Source: a virus
Length of the DNA stretch: 64,000 nt
Virus record (IMG/VR): IMGVR_UViG_3300042197_003184
Location: 75,965 to 139,964 of that record
Reading direction: 5' to 3' (one strand)
Numbering within the stretch: position 1 is the stretch's first letter; every line of letters starts with the position of its first letter. Both the position numbers and the translations under genes were made by a program. Under the pieces are notes generated by a model that was not told the DNA's origin, did not search any database, and saw nothing but the letters and a program-made list of their open reading frames with translations. Below are positions 50,272 through 60,700 of the stretch, in pieces.

Positions 50272-50350
50272 GGAAGTTCTCTATTGTTGTGAGGTAATGT
50301 ACTATCAAACTTATACGGTGATAGTGTCCGTTAATTTTTATACACCAGAA

Positions 50351-50716
50351 TCAAGAGATCTCTTCATACACTATTATAGCGCTAACATCTCCACTAGCGC
50401 TGCATTGTAGATACAACGAATCTCCTTCCATCATGTATATGTTGCTATCTTTAGTTAGAGGTAGTAAACTAGCGTCTGCTGGAACACTAACGGTTTTAGC
50501 TAAATAGCCCGTATTATTTTGAGCATTTGTCATATAGACACTTATATCAGCAGCATTAGCTCCATCAATATTTGAACAATAAATACTACTAAGTCTTAGT
50601 GTTTTGCCACTATCTGCCGAATTGGTAAGGTATGATGTTGCTGATGCGGGAACATCTGAAACCAAAACATTTTTTCCTTCTACTTTAATTGGATTATTTA
50701 AATTTGGTATGGCCAT
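50351..50716 (-). CDS. Small phage virion/adaptor-like protein
   Basis: MA.PN...SNIDG.NAAD...VSVPADA.L...IY..E...YEEIS pattern, familiar from phage fibre cassettes. Confidence 0.6.
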   Translation of the reverse strand: MAIPNLNNPIKVEGKNVLVSDVPASATSYLTNSADSGKTLRLSSIYCSNIDGANAADISVYMTNAQNNTGYLAKTVSVPADASLLPLTKDSNIYMMEGDSLYLQCSASGDVSAIIVYEEIS

Positions 50717-50769
50717 GATTTTCTCCAGACTTTAGATATAAGATTGATAACTATATATACACATTTTAT

Positions 50770-51675
50770 TTAATGCCAGCTATATATTTTGTTTTTATCA
50801 TATAGTACAGATTGAACCACTACAAATGACCCGGAACTTGGGGTTACCGAAGGTGTTACGGTATTTGTTGGGGTAACTGTTGGTGTGGGGGTGTTTGTAG
50901 GGGTTTGTGTTGGGGTTGGTGTGGGGGTAGGCGTTGGCGTAGCACTAGGATTCATCTCATAATCAACAACATAATCAATAATATCTAAACGACCATTACT
51001 AGCTGGAGAATTCCAAGATAATAGTATTTCTTGATTACCTCCATAGGCCGATAGATTTTGTGGTGCGCTTGGCGCCCCGTATCTTGTAGAGGACGGAGTA
51101 ACAGTTTGTGTGGGTGTTTTTGTTGGTGTTGGTGAACGAGTTGGAGTAACTGTTGGAGTGGGAGATCGAGTCGGGGTAACTGTTGGTGTTGCGGTAGGTG
51201 TTGGGGTAGCAGTTGGAGTGCCTGTGGGCGTTGGAGTAGCACTTAAAGCAAGGTCTCCGCTAACAATCCAGGTGTTATTGCTAATCTTTGACAATACGGC
51301 CTTACTATATACTGCTCGTAAAGTCCACCCAGAAGCAGAATTAATAACTATACCTTCTGCTCCAGTCACATTAACAATACCCTGACCTAATCTAACCAAT
51401 TCTACAGTTGTGCCTACTGGTAGAGACTGATTAGTATCGTTCGGAATAGTAACCAATACCGGTTCCGTATTGGTAAATGTTACTATGGATTTAGCATCAG
51501 TTTGAACCAGATTATAATCGGTAGTTGTGGTGTTTTTAACGCTCTTTAAACTAATCCAATCTGATAATTGTTCTAAACTAATTTTATAGGTAGAATTAAT
51601 GCTACTAATAGGAAATATGTAACTTCCTGATACTACCGGGGCTGGTTGTAGTTCACTAATTCTAATATTGGCCAT
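50770..51675 (-). CDS. Fibre protein A: anchor-like domains + PT linker + FN3 N-half + PT linker
   Basis: MANIRISEL; Y.L...D....V.F...IP.D....P.G...W...GDL; PSAPQNL...LSW.SP...DY.V.Y. Confidence 0.75.
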   Translation of the reverse strand: MANIRISELQPAPVVSGSYIFPISSINSTYKISLEQLSDWISLKSVKNTTTTDYNLVQTDAKSIVTFTNTEPVLVTIPNDTNQSLPVGTTVELVRLGQGIVNVTGAEGIVINSASGWTLRAVYSKAVLSKISNNTWIVSGDLALSATPTPTGTPTATPTPTATPTVTPTRSPTPTVTPTRSPTPTKTPTQTVTPSSTRYGAPSAPQNLSAYGGNQEILLSWNSPASNGRLDIIDYVVDYEMNPSATPTPTPTPTPTQTPTNTPTPTVTPTNTVTPSVTPSSGSFVVVQSVLYDKNKIYSWH

Positions 51676-51724
51676 AATGTTTTTCCGTTAATATAATATT
51701 TAGTTTATACACCTTAATAATAGA

Positions 51725-54379
51725 TTACCAAGTGGTACAGATGAACCCTTTCGAAACCAGGCTTTCGGCTTTTCCCGTTGCTGCTCCGCAGTCTGGAAAA
51801 AACTCGTTTGGATTGTTCTTCATGAATTCTAGATTAGTAGCATTGTAGCTAGTAATTTTATCTATAGTTGCGATTTTAATAGGGGTAGCATCTGGGCTGT
51901 TGGGATTGTTACATTGTTTAGGAATACTATGGGCACCGCAACTGATAGGACCAGAATCGCAAGCATAAGAAGATCCACCAACAGACACAGAATACCATAC
52001 TTTGCACATATCACACTCGTCACCAATTTTTTCATAAGTATCATAGACCGTATCATAGTACGAGTTGAGGGCTGGAGCTATAACTATACCATCTCGTTTA
52101 ATTTCTGGAGATAATTGTTTTGTTTTACTTATGTCTTTGATGGGTTTAAATTTACTAATAATTAACACATCTCCTGGTTGAATCTGTTTCTGAGCTGCTG
52201 CTTTAGCCTCATTGTAACTTGCAAACAAGTTTTTAGACGGATCGGCTATTTCTCCACATGTTCTTGGTCTCTCTATGATAGTGACCTGTTGTATAGTAAC
52301 AGCATTGGCGGAGGTAGGAGCGGGACATGCCGCTAGACCCATGTGTACATCTTCTGATAATTGAATTGATATTGATTGATTACAGGCTTTAGCCGAGGAA
52401 CCACCATTAGACAACACAAAAATAGTAGCTTTGGGACTATTGCAACACAGAGGACCGTCGCATTCGGCACCGCATTTATCTCCTTTAAAATAACAATCAG
52501 CATACTCTCCAGCACTTACTCCAAATAAACAGCCGCTATCAACATACGCAGGAAGATCGCATGTTGTTGGAATAGCAGGAATGGAGTAGGAGTATTTTGG
52601 ACTTAAAGACGCCCCTTCCAATTGAGAGCCGTTGGTCAATGAACATTCACACGAAGATCCTGGCTTACCAGTATATGATTTTATGTACCAGTCACAATTC
52701 TTTTCTTCTTTCATCGGACCAACAGAACCGCTGTAAGTTTGTCCGTTTCTTTGGCATATGCAATTGTATTGTGGGCTTGCTCCTTTGTTTATGTCTTGTT
52801 CTTTGTCGGAATAGTCTATTGCAACTCCGCCGCTACCAGATGTTCGTTTATCTAAAGTGGATATTTCTATAAGAGGTCCATGTTTACATTGTATGCGTTT
52901 CTTAAAATATCTTTTAGCACATGTATATGCTTGCACCGGTTTGTTTCTCCACCAAATAACAGCGCCTACCACACCAGCAGCTATCAAACCAACCACTACT
53001 GTAGCTCCAACAGCTACCCAATTAACCCCTGGTCTTAGAGGTGGTTGCGGTGATGAACCACCGCTCCCGCCCATCATCGCCCTTAAAGCCGCCGATGCTG
53101 TGCGAACACTTTTAAAAACCCAATTGCCGTTACCGTCGGAATATGCAGGCGGAGCAGGTCTATCATATGGCCTAAGATGGGGAGATATGTCGCCAGTTAA
53201 GGGTAGTCCGCTGAATGAAGCCAACACGAATCCTCCTGAACCATCGGCAGTAACCGGAGCATAAACCACCATAGGATCTTTACAACCACAAAGTTCGTCA
53301 TCATCAGATGTGGCCAAGGTGGGTTCTCCTGGACCGTCTTCGTAGCTATTAGGATCACAATCAGCGCCCTGAATATTTCCAATTGTCCAGTCTCCATTCG
53401 AACAACTAGCCAAACCCCCATCACATACTGTTTCTGGATCTAAACAGCATACAAAATTTGTTGTTTTTATGACTGTTTGCGTGTCCCAGATTTCGATTCT
53501 TTTTGTTGGTATCGTTCCTATTTTATCATTAGTTTTTATAGTTACATCAGTATCGCTACTATTAAAATTACAAGCATTAGCAGAAACACACTCATTTAAA
53601 GAAGCATAATTAGCAAGACCATCATGAAAAAAATCATCATAAGGAACACATTCCCGATATTTCAATACTGTGTTACAACCAACGGAGGATTCGTTGGTAA
53701 TTTTGGCGTATCCTGCGGTTTGAATACTTATATTTTGAGTTTGGGTAGGCAACACAATATTTGGTAATGTATCATCTTCTAAAAACACATCTAAAGGATC
53801 ATTATTTATATTTTGAGCTACACTGTTTCTTGCAGAAATGCCTTGACCAGAATTTATTGTATCGGCCATTTCGGCATCAATCAAAGGATCGAAGGTTGCG
53901 GCTTCGTCAGTAACGGCCATACTGTCTATAATATCAACTGCTGTTTCTGATGTGCCGGTATTAGCAATACTAACACTTGATACATTATTATTAGTAGTGT
54001 TTTGTATAGACAATAAGCCAGTAGAGTCCACCAACAACACCCCACCAACCTCTGCCGATAGCACATCTCCGTCCTCTGTTAATAGCAGGTTATCTAAATC
54101 TATTAAAGTAACTTCTAGTCTATATATTTCATTAAAAAATGAAGACGATATATTTTCTAAAGTAAGAGTATCTAGATCTGGTCCAGCAGTTATATAGGTG
54201 CTGCCACCATCCCTAGAAACCAACCAATTATAACTGTAAAAATAGTTATTATTGTCACTATAGCTTATTGTGTTCTCTATATATTGAGTAGCTTGGAAAA
54301 CAACAGTATCTCCAGGCAAAGGGTCTTTTGGTGACTGAGTAACAGTAACAACTATATTATTAGAGAGTAAAATATTCAT
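51725..54379 (-). CDS. Large Cys-rich protein with N-terminal Ig-like domain and internal hydrophobic helix
   Basis: YSYNW...YRLEVT Ig; LLTEDGDVL motif; dozens of Cys; WVAVGATVVVGLIAAGVVGAVIWW. Confidence 0.65.
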   Translation of the reverse strand: MNILLSNNIVVTVTQSPKDPLPGDTVVFQATQYIENTISYSDNNNYFYSYNWLVSRDGGSTYITAGPDLDTLTLENISSSFFNEIYRLEVTLIDLDNLLLTEDGDVLSAEVGGVLLVDSTGLLSIQNTTNNNVSSVSIANTGTSETAVDIIDSMAVTDEAATFDPLIDAEMADTINSGQGISARNSVAQNINNDPLDVFLEDDTLPNIVLPTQTQNISIQTAGYAKITNESSVGCNTVLKYRECVPYDDFFHDGLANYASLNECVSANACNFNSSDTDVTIKTNDKIGTIPTKRIEIWDTQTVIKTTNFVCCLDPETVCDGGLASCSNGDWTIGNIQGADCDPNSYEDGPGEPTLATSDDDELCGCKDPMVVYAPVTADGSGGFVLASFSGLPLTGDISPHLRPYDRPAPPAYSDGNGNWVFKSVRTASAALRAMMGGSGGSSPQPPLRPGVNWVAVGATVVVGLIAAGVVGAVIWWRNKPVQAYTCAKRYFKKRIQCKHGPLIEISTLDKRTSGSGGVAIDYSDKEQDINKGASPQYNCICQRNGQTYSGSVGPMKEEKNCDWYIKSYTGKPGSSCECSLTNGSQLEGASLSPKYSYSIPAIPTTCDLPAYVDSGCLFGVSAGEYADCYFKGDKCGAECDGPLCCNSPKATIFVLSNGGSSAKACNQSISIQLSEDVHMGLAACPAPTSANAVTIQQVTIIERPRTCGEIADPSKNLFASYNEAKAAAQKQIQPGDVLIISKFKPIKDISKTKQLSPEIKRDGIVIAPALNSYYDTVYDTYEKIGDECDMCKVWYSVSVGGSSYACDSGPISCGAHSIPKQCNNPNSPDATPIKIATIDKITSYNATNLEFMKNNPNEFFPDCGAATGKAESLVSKGFICTTW

Positions 54380-57300
54380 ATTAAATTCACCGGTACTGTT
54401 ATAGTATCCACCCCATTCTTTACTACGACCCTATATCTATATAAGGAATATGAACTCTTTCTAAGATTACGAATACCAACAGCACTTGACGTAGCGCCAA
54501 CAATATTGCTATATGAATATCCTCTATTAGATGACTGCTGCCACTGATAAGTTAGTGTTCCTGTTGTAGTACTAGCATTTATCTGGAAAGTCAGATCAAT
54601 ATATTCTACACCAGAAACGGTTTTGTTGGTCATGTTAATAGATATTGGGGCATAACTAATGGTCGGTAATATTGTCAATTTGGCGGCTCGGGATATGGCG
54701 CTAAATGTTCCGACGGACATTACAACTCTATAATAATAGTTATTATTACTTCTAGTTAAATTATTAATAGATAATACGGACTGTTTGGCATTGGCAATAT
54801 TGTACCAGGTTCTGTTATTGGAGGAATATTGCCATTGATATGTTAAGGGAGTGCTAGAACTTAGTACGTTATTATGGTTAGCTGTAACGCTGAATATTAC
54901 AGAATTAGAGCTTACTGTTTTATCTATGGGTTGGGACGTTATATCAATTGAAGGAACAGCAATTAATTTGACACCATTTGATACAAAAGTTTCATTTCTG
55001 TTTTTGAGCACTACTCTGTAGTAGGTATTGTTTTGACTATAAGAAACGACACCTACAACAAGATCCGCACTATTAGCTTTAGCAATATTAGAATATGTTC
55101 TATTGTTTGATGAGACTTGCCACTGATATGATAATGAACCATCTGAAGAACTAGCCCTTATGCTATAAGTAGCCTTACCTCCTATCGATTGTTGTTGTGT
55201 TGGAAAACTAGACACAGCAATGGTTGGCAGTACGGTTAGCACAGACGGTTGGCTGTATTTAGTAATGGCACCAGAAGAACTTATACTCAATCTATAATAT
55301 CTGTTATGATATAACAGAGAAGGCTTTTTAATAACCAATGTATTAGTTCCTGTGCCACCATATTCTGTACCATCAGCAATATTGGAATATGATAGTCCGT
55401 TATTGGCACTAACCTGCCAACGATAAATAATAGTATTTTTACTAGTACTATAAGCCGTAGCGTCCATCGATACTGCCACATTAGTAGTGGTTAATCTATT
55501 GCCAGGATGTTTAGCAAAATATAGCACGTTGCGTACAAAATACTTATCGTTTGGTGTTAATCCTCTTAATAGTTTTGACATATTTTTCCAAAAACGATCA
55601 CTTAATGATATTTCCTCTGTGATAGCATTAATAGCCGATGATCCATCAGCAGCATTAACAGCATTAGACAACATAGTACGAGATATGCCGTATGGCTTCA
55701 TAACAAGATCGTATCCTGCTATTTTGCTACCTCTGATGGTTCCTTTCCATCCAGCATATTTGGCATCTTTGGGTGTTTTTTTATGTTCTATTAATGATTT
55801 GAGTATCCAATATAAAGCACCCCCTATTTTAGCTTTGCCTTTATATGATAATGTTGAGTTCCATCTGATATATAACAGATACCATACTCTATTTGCCCAG
55901 GTTCCACTACCTGGCTTATATATAATATCCAGCATATTACCAATATTGACTGTTTGTTGACTAGCTAGTTGAGGTAAACACTGTTCGCTATGATAAAAGA
56001 TTGTTGAACCGGGCTTCGCAGAAACTATAGAGGTTTCAGTTCCTGCTATGTTTTCACTTAAAAATTGAAAATCGGTTGATACCCCAGTGTTTAGTACCGA
56101 ATCGGCCATATTTTGAATATACCTAATGGGAGATTTATTGGTATATCTAGAGGTGGGATATACGGGGACGACATCTGAAAGCAGGCTCATTTTACCAACA
56201 GCAATATTCCAAATAACCCATTCGCTAGTCAATAAGCCCCCACCTTTAGTAACAAAATCTTTTAAAGCTTGTTGCCCCGCAGCTGGAATGGTCGCACTAC
56301 TCCAATTATAATTATTTTGCAATATAACCACATTAGTAGATGCTAAGATATTATTTGAGTTTGTAAAAGTGTTCATATCTATGATGGATATGGTTTTATT
56401 GGTTGTGCTAGCTATAGCATTTTTCAAAGCGTTGTCTTGCGTGGTTTTACCACTGCTAAAAATAATGATGGAAGGATTGCTTTGATTCTTATATAACCAT
56501 TTAACTGAATTTTTTAATAATTGAACATAGTTAGTATTGGTAAGATTTTTGGCTCCTGCCGTAGTAGAAAAAGATAAACATCTTCCACTAAAATAATTCC
56601 ATCCTGTAACCCCCGCGTATGTACAGCTACTCAGGGTCAATGATGTAGAAGGTACTGCTGTGGATTTATCGAAAGAGTTTGGTGTTCCGGTATACCTGAT
56701 ACCGTTTTTTTCTACCCAAATATCTGTTAAAGCTGTTGGTCCAGATGATGCTCCGGCACCAAATTTTGAATCACAAACAACTTTGTAAGATTCTCCATTT
56801 TCGTACTTTAGATAAAACAACACTATTGGTCCAGACGCTTGGTTGTCGTCCAAGGAAGCTAACGCTCCTCTACTGGAGGCTATATTCATATGCGGATCGC
56901 CCCAGATAGATGTACTATTATAAAGCTTGTCTGTTAGAGGTAAATCTATTTCATTTATAAGCGTAGCGGCTTGGCTGGTAATTGATCCAGAATCTGACGA
57001 TACAATTACTCTATATTGAAACTGATTTTTATCTTCTGGATTTTCTATATTATTGATAAAGAGATTAGCACTATCTGTAAAAGGCAAATTAACAAAAGTG
57101 GTACCGTCAAGAGATTCTTGCCATTGATACGACAATGGTTCGCTACTAACTAATGAAACCGCTGACACAGAAAATAATGGAGATGTTGTTGCCAAATCTG
57201 TTAAAACATAATCAGATGGATGGTTAGTAATATTTATTGGTGGACCTATAAAGTCTAGATTGGCAGTATTAGAATAAGCAACTACAGGCAACTTGTCATA

Positions 57301-57780
57301 GAAATAGGCTGTAATTCTTACCCTATACGCAGTATTGTCATCTGCTGCATCAATGTCATTAAGCAGTAGGTTGGTCTGATTGGCTCCTGGTATGGCCTCA
57401 AAAGAAGATGGACTACTGGAACGTGCTATTTCCCACTGATACAATACCTGCGCCCCATTAGAAGCATCAACAGCAACGCTAAATATAGCGCTATTACCAT
57501 TATCGGCATCGACTACCTGATCAATTGGTTGACTGGTAATATTTAATTCTGGTATAGCAATCAATCTTGCTGGTTTAGATATAACACTAGAACTCCCCGA
57601 AGTCGCTATGACCCTATAATAGTGATTATGTTGTTCTGCAAGCACATTAGATATGGTCAAAGAAGAACCATTTGGCGCAGAAGACAGGTTCGTGAATGTG
57701 GTGGCGTTATCGACTGATACTTGCCATTGGTAATTAATTGTGTTCGTTGATATAGAAGTGTCTAGTGGTGAATTATTCAT
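54376..57780 (-). CDS. Multi-Ig-like fibre protein with WGDPH domain and inserted GATase1-like domain
   Basis: Seven YQW/YRW Ig repeats, the first lacking its leading strands; IWGDPH; ALKDFVTKGGGL. Confidence 0.75.
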   Translation of the reverse strand: MNNSPLDTSISTNTINYQWQVSVDNATTFTNLSSAPNGSSLTISNVLAEQHNHYYRVIATSGSSSVISKPARLIAIPELNITSQPIDQVVDADNGNSAIFSVAVDASNGAQVLYQWEIARSSSPSSFEAIPGANQTNLLLNDIDAADDNTAYRVRITAYFYDKLPVVAYSNTANLDFIGPPINITNHPSDYVLTDLATTSPLFSVSAVSLVSSEPLSYQWQESLDGTTFVNLPFTDSANLFINNIENPEDKNQFQYRVIVSSDSGSITSQAATLINEIDLPLTDKLYNSTSIWGDPHMNIASSRGALASLDDNQASGPIVLFYLKYENGESYKVVCDSKFGAGASSGPTALTDIWVEKNGIRYTGTPNSFDKSTAVPSTSLTLSSCTYAGVTGWNYFSGRCLSFSTTAGAKNLTNTNYVQLLKNSVKWLYKNQSNPSIIIFSSGKTTQDNALKNAIASTTNKTISIIDMNTFTNSNNILASTNVVILQNNYNWSSATIPAAGQQALKDFVTKGGGLLTSEWVIWNIAVGKMSLLSDVVPVYPTSRYTNKSPIRYIQNMADSVLNTGVSTDFQFLSENIAGTETSIVSAKPGSTIFYHSEQCLPQLASQQTVNIGNMLDIIYKPGSGTWANRVWYLLYIRWNSTLSYKGKAKIGGALYWILKSLIEHKKTPKDAKYAGWKGTIRGSKIAGYDLVMKPYGISRTMLSNAVNAADGSSAINAITEEISLSDRFWKNMSKLLRGLTPNDKYFVRNVLYFAKHPGNRLTTTNVAVSMDATAYSTSKNTIIYRWQVSANNGLSYSNIADGTEYGGTGTNTLVIKKPSLLYHNRYYRLSISSSGAITKYSQPSVLTVLPTIAVSSFPTQQQSIGGKATYSIRASSSDGSLSYQWQVSSNNRTYSNIAKANSADLVVGVVSYSQNNTYYRVVLKNRNETFVSNGVKLIAVPSIDITSQPIDKTVSSNSVIFSVTANHNNVLSSSTPLTYQWQYSSNNRTWYNIANAKQSVLSINNLTRSNNNYYYRVVMSVGTFSAISRAAKLTILPTISYAPISINMTNKTVSGVEYIDLTFQINASTTTGTLTYQWQQSSNRGYSYSNIVGATSSAVGIRNLRKSSYSLYRYRVVVKNGVDTITVPVNLI

Positions 57781-57785
57781 TGTAA

Positions 57786-60700
57786 TTACCCTATCATGGG
57801 GGCTCCGAGCCTAATCTTGTACGGTCCAAAAGTAAGAGTATTGGGTATCCACGAAGCAGCTACTTCGACATATGCATCCACATCATATGTTTGACCACCC
57901 CATGCTTCGAAATTATATTTGTATATTATGCGATAAGGATATGTGTTCAAGCATTCTTTCAATTTGTTTGTTGTGGAGTATGCCATTATATTAGATGTTC
58001 CGCTCCAATATGTCTGGGTTGGTAAGCTTTTGAATCTTTGGAGTATGGGATCATAGTATCTGGCATTAATAACATTGATGGTATTTGAGCCAGAATAGTT
58101 GCCATCTAGATGCGTTATGAATGAACAATCTTTATAGTATGATGATAAAGGATTCAATTTCATTTGGAGGTCTATTTGTGTGGTCCACCATCCATAGGTA
58201 CCGCCAGAACTAGTTAACAAAGGACCGCTGCTAGATGCTATTCCAGATATGGGAAGCTGTGGTGATGGGGTTGGAGTTCTAGTTTTTGTTGGTGTGACTG
58301 TCGGTATAATTAGTTTGGTGGCTGTAGGAGTTTTAGTTGGAGTGCTAGTGATAGTGTTGGTTGGGGTAATGGTGGGCGTTATACTAATGGTTGGCGTAAT
58401 AGTAGGAGTTGCGGTTCTGGTCGGGGTAATCGAAGAGGTTGGGCTTGGCGTACTAGTATTGGTTGGTGTTTGTGTGTTGGTTGGAGTTCTGGTTGGTGTT
58501 ATGGATGGAGTTTGAGAGACTGTTGGTGTTATTGTCGGTGTTAAGGTTAACGTGGGAGTAGGTGTTGGAAAAATAGTGTCTAACGAAACAGTAAATGTCA
58601 CACTTCCATTAGTTCCTATGGTCTGGTCTGTTGGTTGACTTACAATAGATAAAGAAGGCCCTAGCACTGTTAATAGTGCAGTATTGCTTGTTACGGAACC
58701 AAAAGCGTTGGTGAGTTTTACTCTATAGAAAACATTGTTATCTAATGTGGTCAAGTCATCTAGAGTTAGATAGGAGCCGTTAGAGTTAGGAATAGCTGTC
58801 CAAGATGTACCATTGACAGATTTTTCCCACTGGTATATAGCATAAAATGGTCCGCCGACTACCTCAAATATTGCCGCCCCATCTCCTATTGGTTTTTGTG
58901 TAGTGGTTGTATCTGTTGGCTGTATAGTAATATACGGAGGAATCGGAGAAGCTGTTGGTGTTTGTGTTCTGGTAGGCGTTATGGTGGGTGTTGCTGTGGG
59001 GGTGCGTGTGGGTGTTTTAGTTGGAGTAACAGTTGATGTTTTGGTTGGACTGGGTGTTGGTGTTGGTGTTACTAAAATGCTATTTAGTATAGCTATAGAT
59101 TTTGGTTGTAATCCTACTGTGAGAGTTTTGAGATACGTATTAGTTTCAATAGCATATACGTCTACTATAGTTGAATCTGAATATAGTATATATCCAAAAG
59201 ATCCGTTGTCTGTTATGCCTATAACATAAGGAACGAATTGATTATTAGTGCTAAAAGAGGTTAATACGGCATTTGTGTCGGCATCTATGACCACCACGGT
59301 TTTGCTATTAGAACATACAACATAAATATCTCCGCTATATCTATTGACCGTAATATCTGAGATTCCGTTATGGCTAGAGCTAAGAATAATATTGGTTATC
59401 AGCGATGGTGCGCCAGAAGATATGTCATAAACAGATATCGTATTATTAGAAAGAGCAATATATAATCTATTATTTTCTATATTAAGAAAACTAGTTTTGT
59501 ATGAATGACTTAGTGCATTCGAATATAACAATGACGTTAGATCTGCTGAAAATACATATAAATTTGATATGTCAAAAACATACAGTTGGTTGTTATGAAA
59601 CAACACTTTTCGAATATCTGTTCCGGCATATGTGTAGTATATTATGCTGGGGGTACTGGTATTAGAAAATAATCTAACAATATCTGATGGCTGAGAAGAG
59701 GAAGGAGACGAACAGACATATAATTCCGTGTCTGTATCATTGAGTTCCAGATACTTAATATTAGTATCAGATCCTAAATTTAAGGTTCTAGAGGACCTAT
59801 CATAATTAGAGGCATCTATTAAGACTATATCGGTGGAGTCTTCTGTTGCAACATAAACTACGGACTCGTTTTGATTAGTGGTAAGCTGTGTTGGCTTTGT
59901 AATATTGTTGAGAGTATTTAAGACTGTTTGATTAACGGTGTGTAAAATTGTAATACTATTAGAGCCATAATTAGCAATATACGCTCTTGAAATAGTTGGG
60001 TCTGATGGTGTCGGAGTTACGGTTGGTGTTCTGGTGTTTGTGGGTGTTGTGGTCGGGGTTCTGGTTGGCGTAACTGTAGGTGTGCTCGTTGGTGTGGGCG
60101 TTATGGTTGGAGTAGGGGTTTTAGTGGGTGTTGTAGTGGGTGTTGTGGTTGGGGTTTTAGTTGGTGTGGGTGTTGGTGTAGCAGGAATAACGTAGTCGCA
60201 GTTACATCCACTAGAAGCTATACAAATATTATCAATAGCGGCACCGTAACAACCACAAGATGGGCATGTGCTTTCAAATCTAATTATGGTGCTGCTACTG
60301 ACGGCGGTAAAGGACTGGCTAGCGAATAACCACCCCATAGCATTATAGTCCCCAAAGTATCCAAGATATTGAGTCACATCAAAACTATAATTTTGCGTAC
60401 TATATACCGTATTATTTAAGGCATTAATAATTTTAACAGTAAATGTTTTTATTGGATTGTCTAGATTGGTTTTATGAGAATAATTATTTGCCGCATAATT
60501 AAATCTTAAATTATATACAGTACCGGATACTGTATTGATGGTTTGCTGCAAATATCCCGACGTACAACCATTCAAGTCTACTGCGTAATGATTATCTGTA
60601 GTCCCGAATTGCCATAAATCAATATCAGACGACAACCATCCGTTTGTTGTTCCTACGGGTTGGCTAAAATTACCGTTGGTTATCAAGCAACCAGCTCGTG

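Larger units (their letters stand above)
48790..50275. other. High-GC foreign cassette next to the recombinase
   Basis: Hand count: 39/60 GC in the line at 49861 versus 10/60 in the line at 48541. Confidence 0.8.

Noticed and set aside
32395-51675. Invertible shufflon driven by the recombinase
   Set aside because: All modules are on one strand; I saw no inverted silent cassettes or repeated inversion sites by eye
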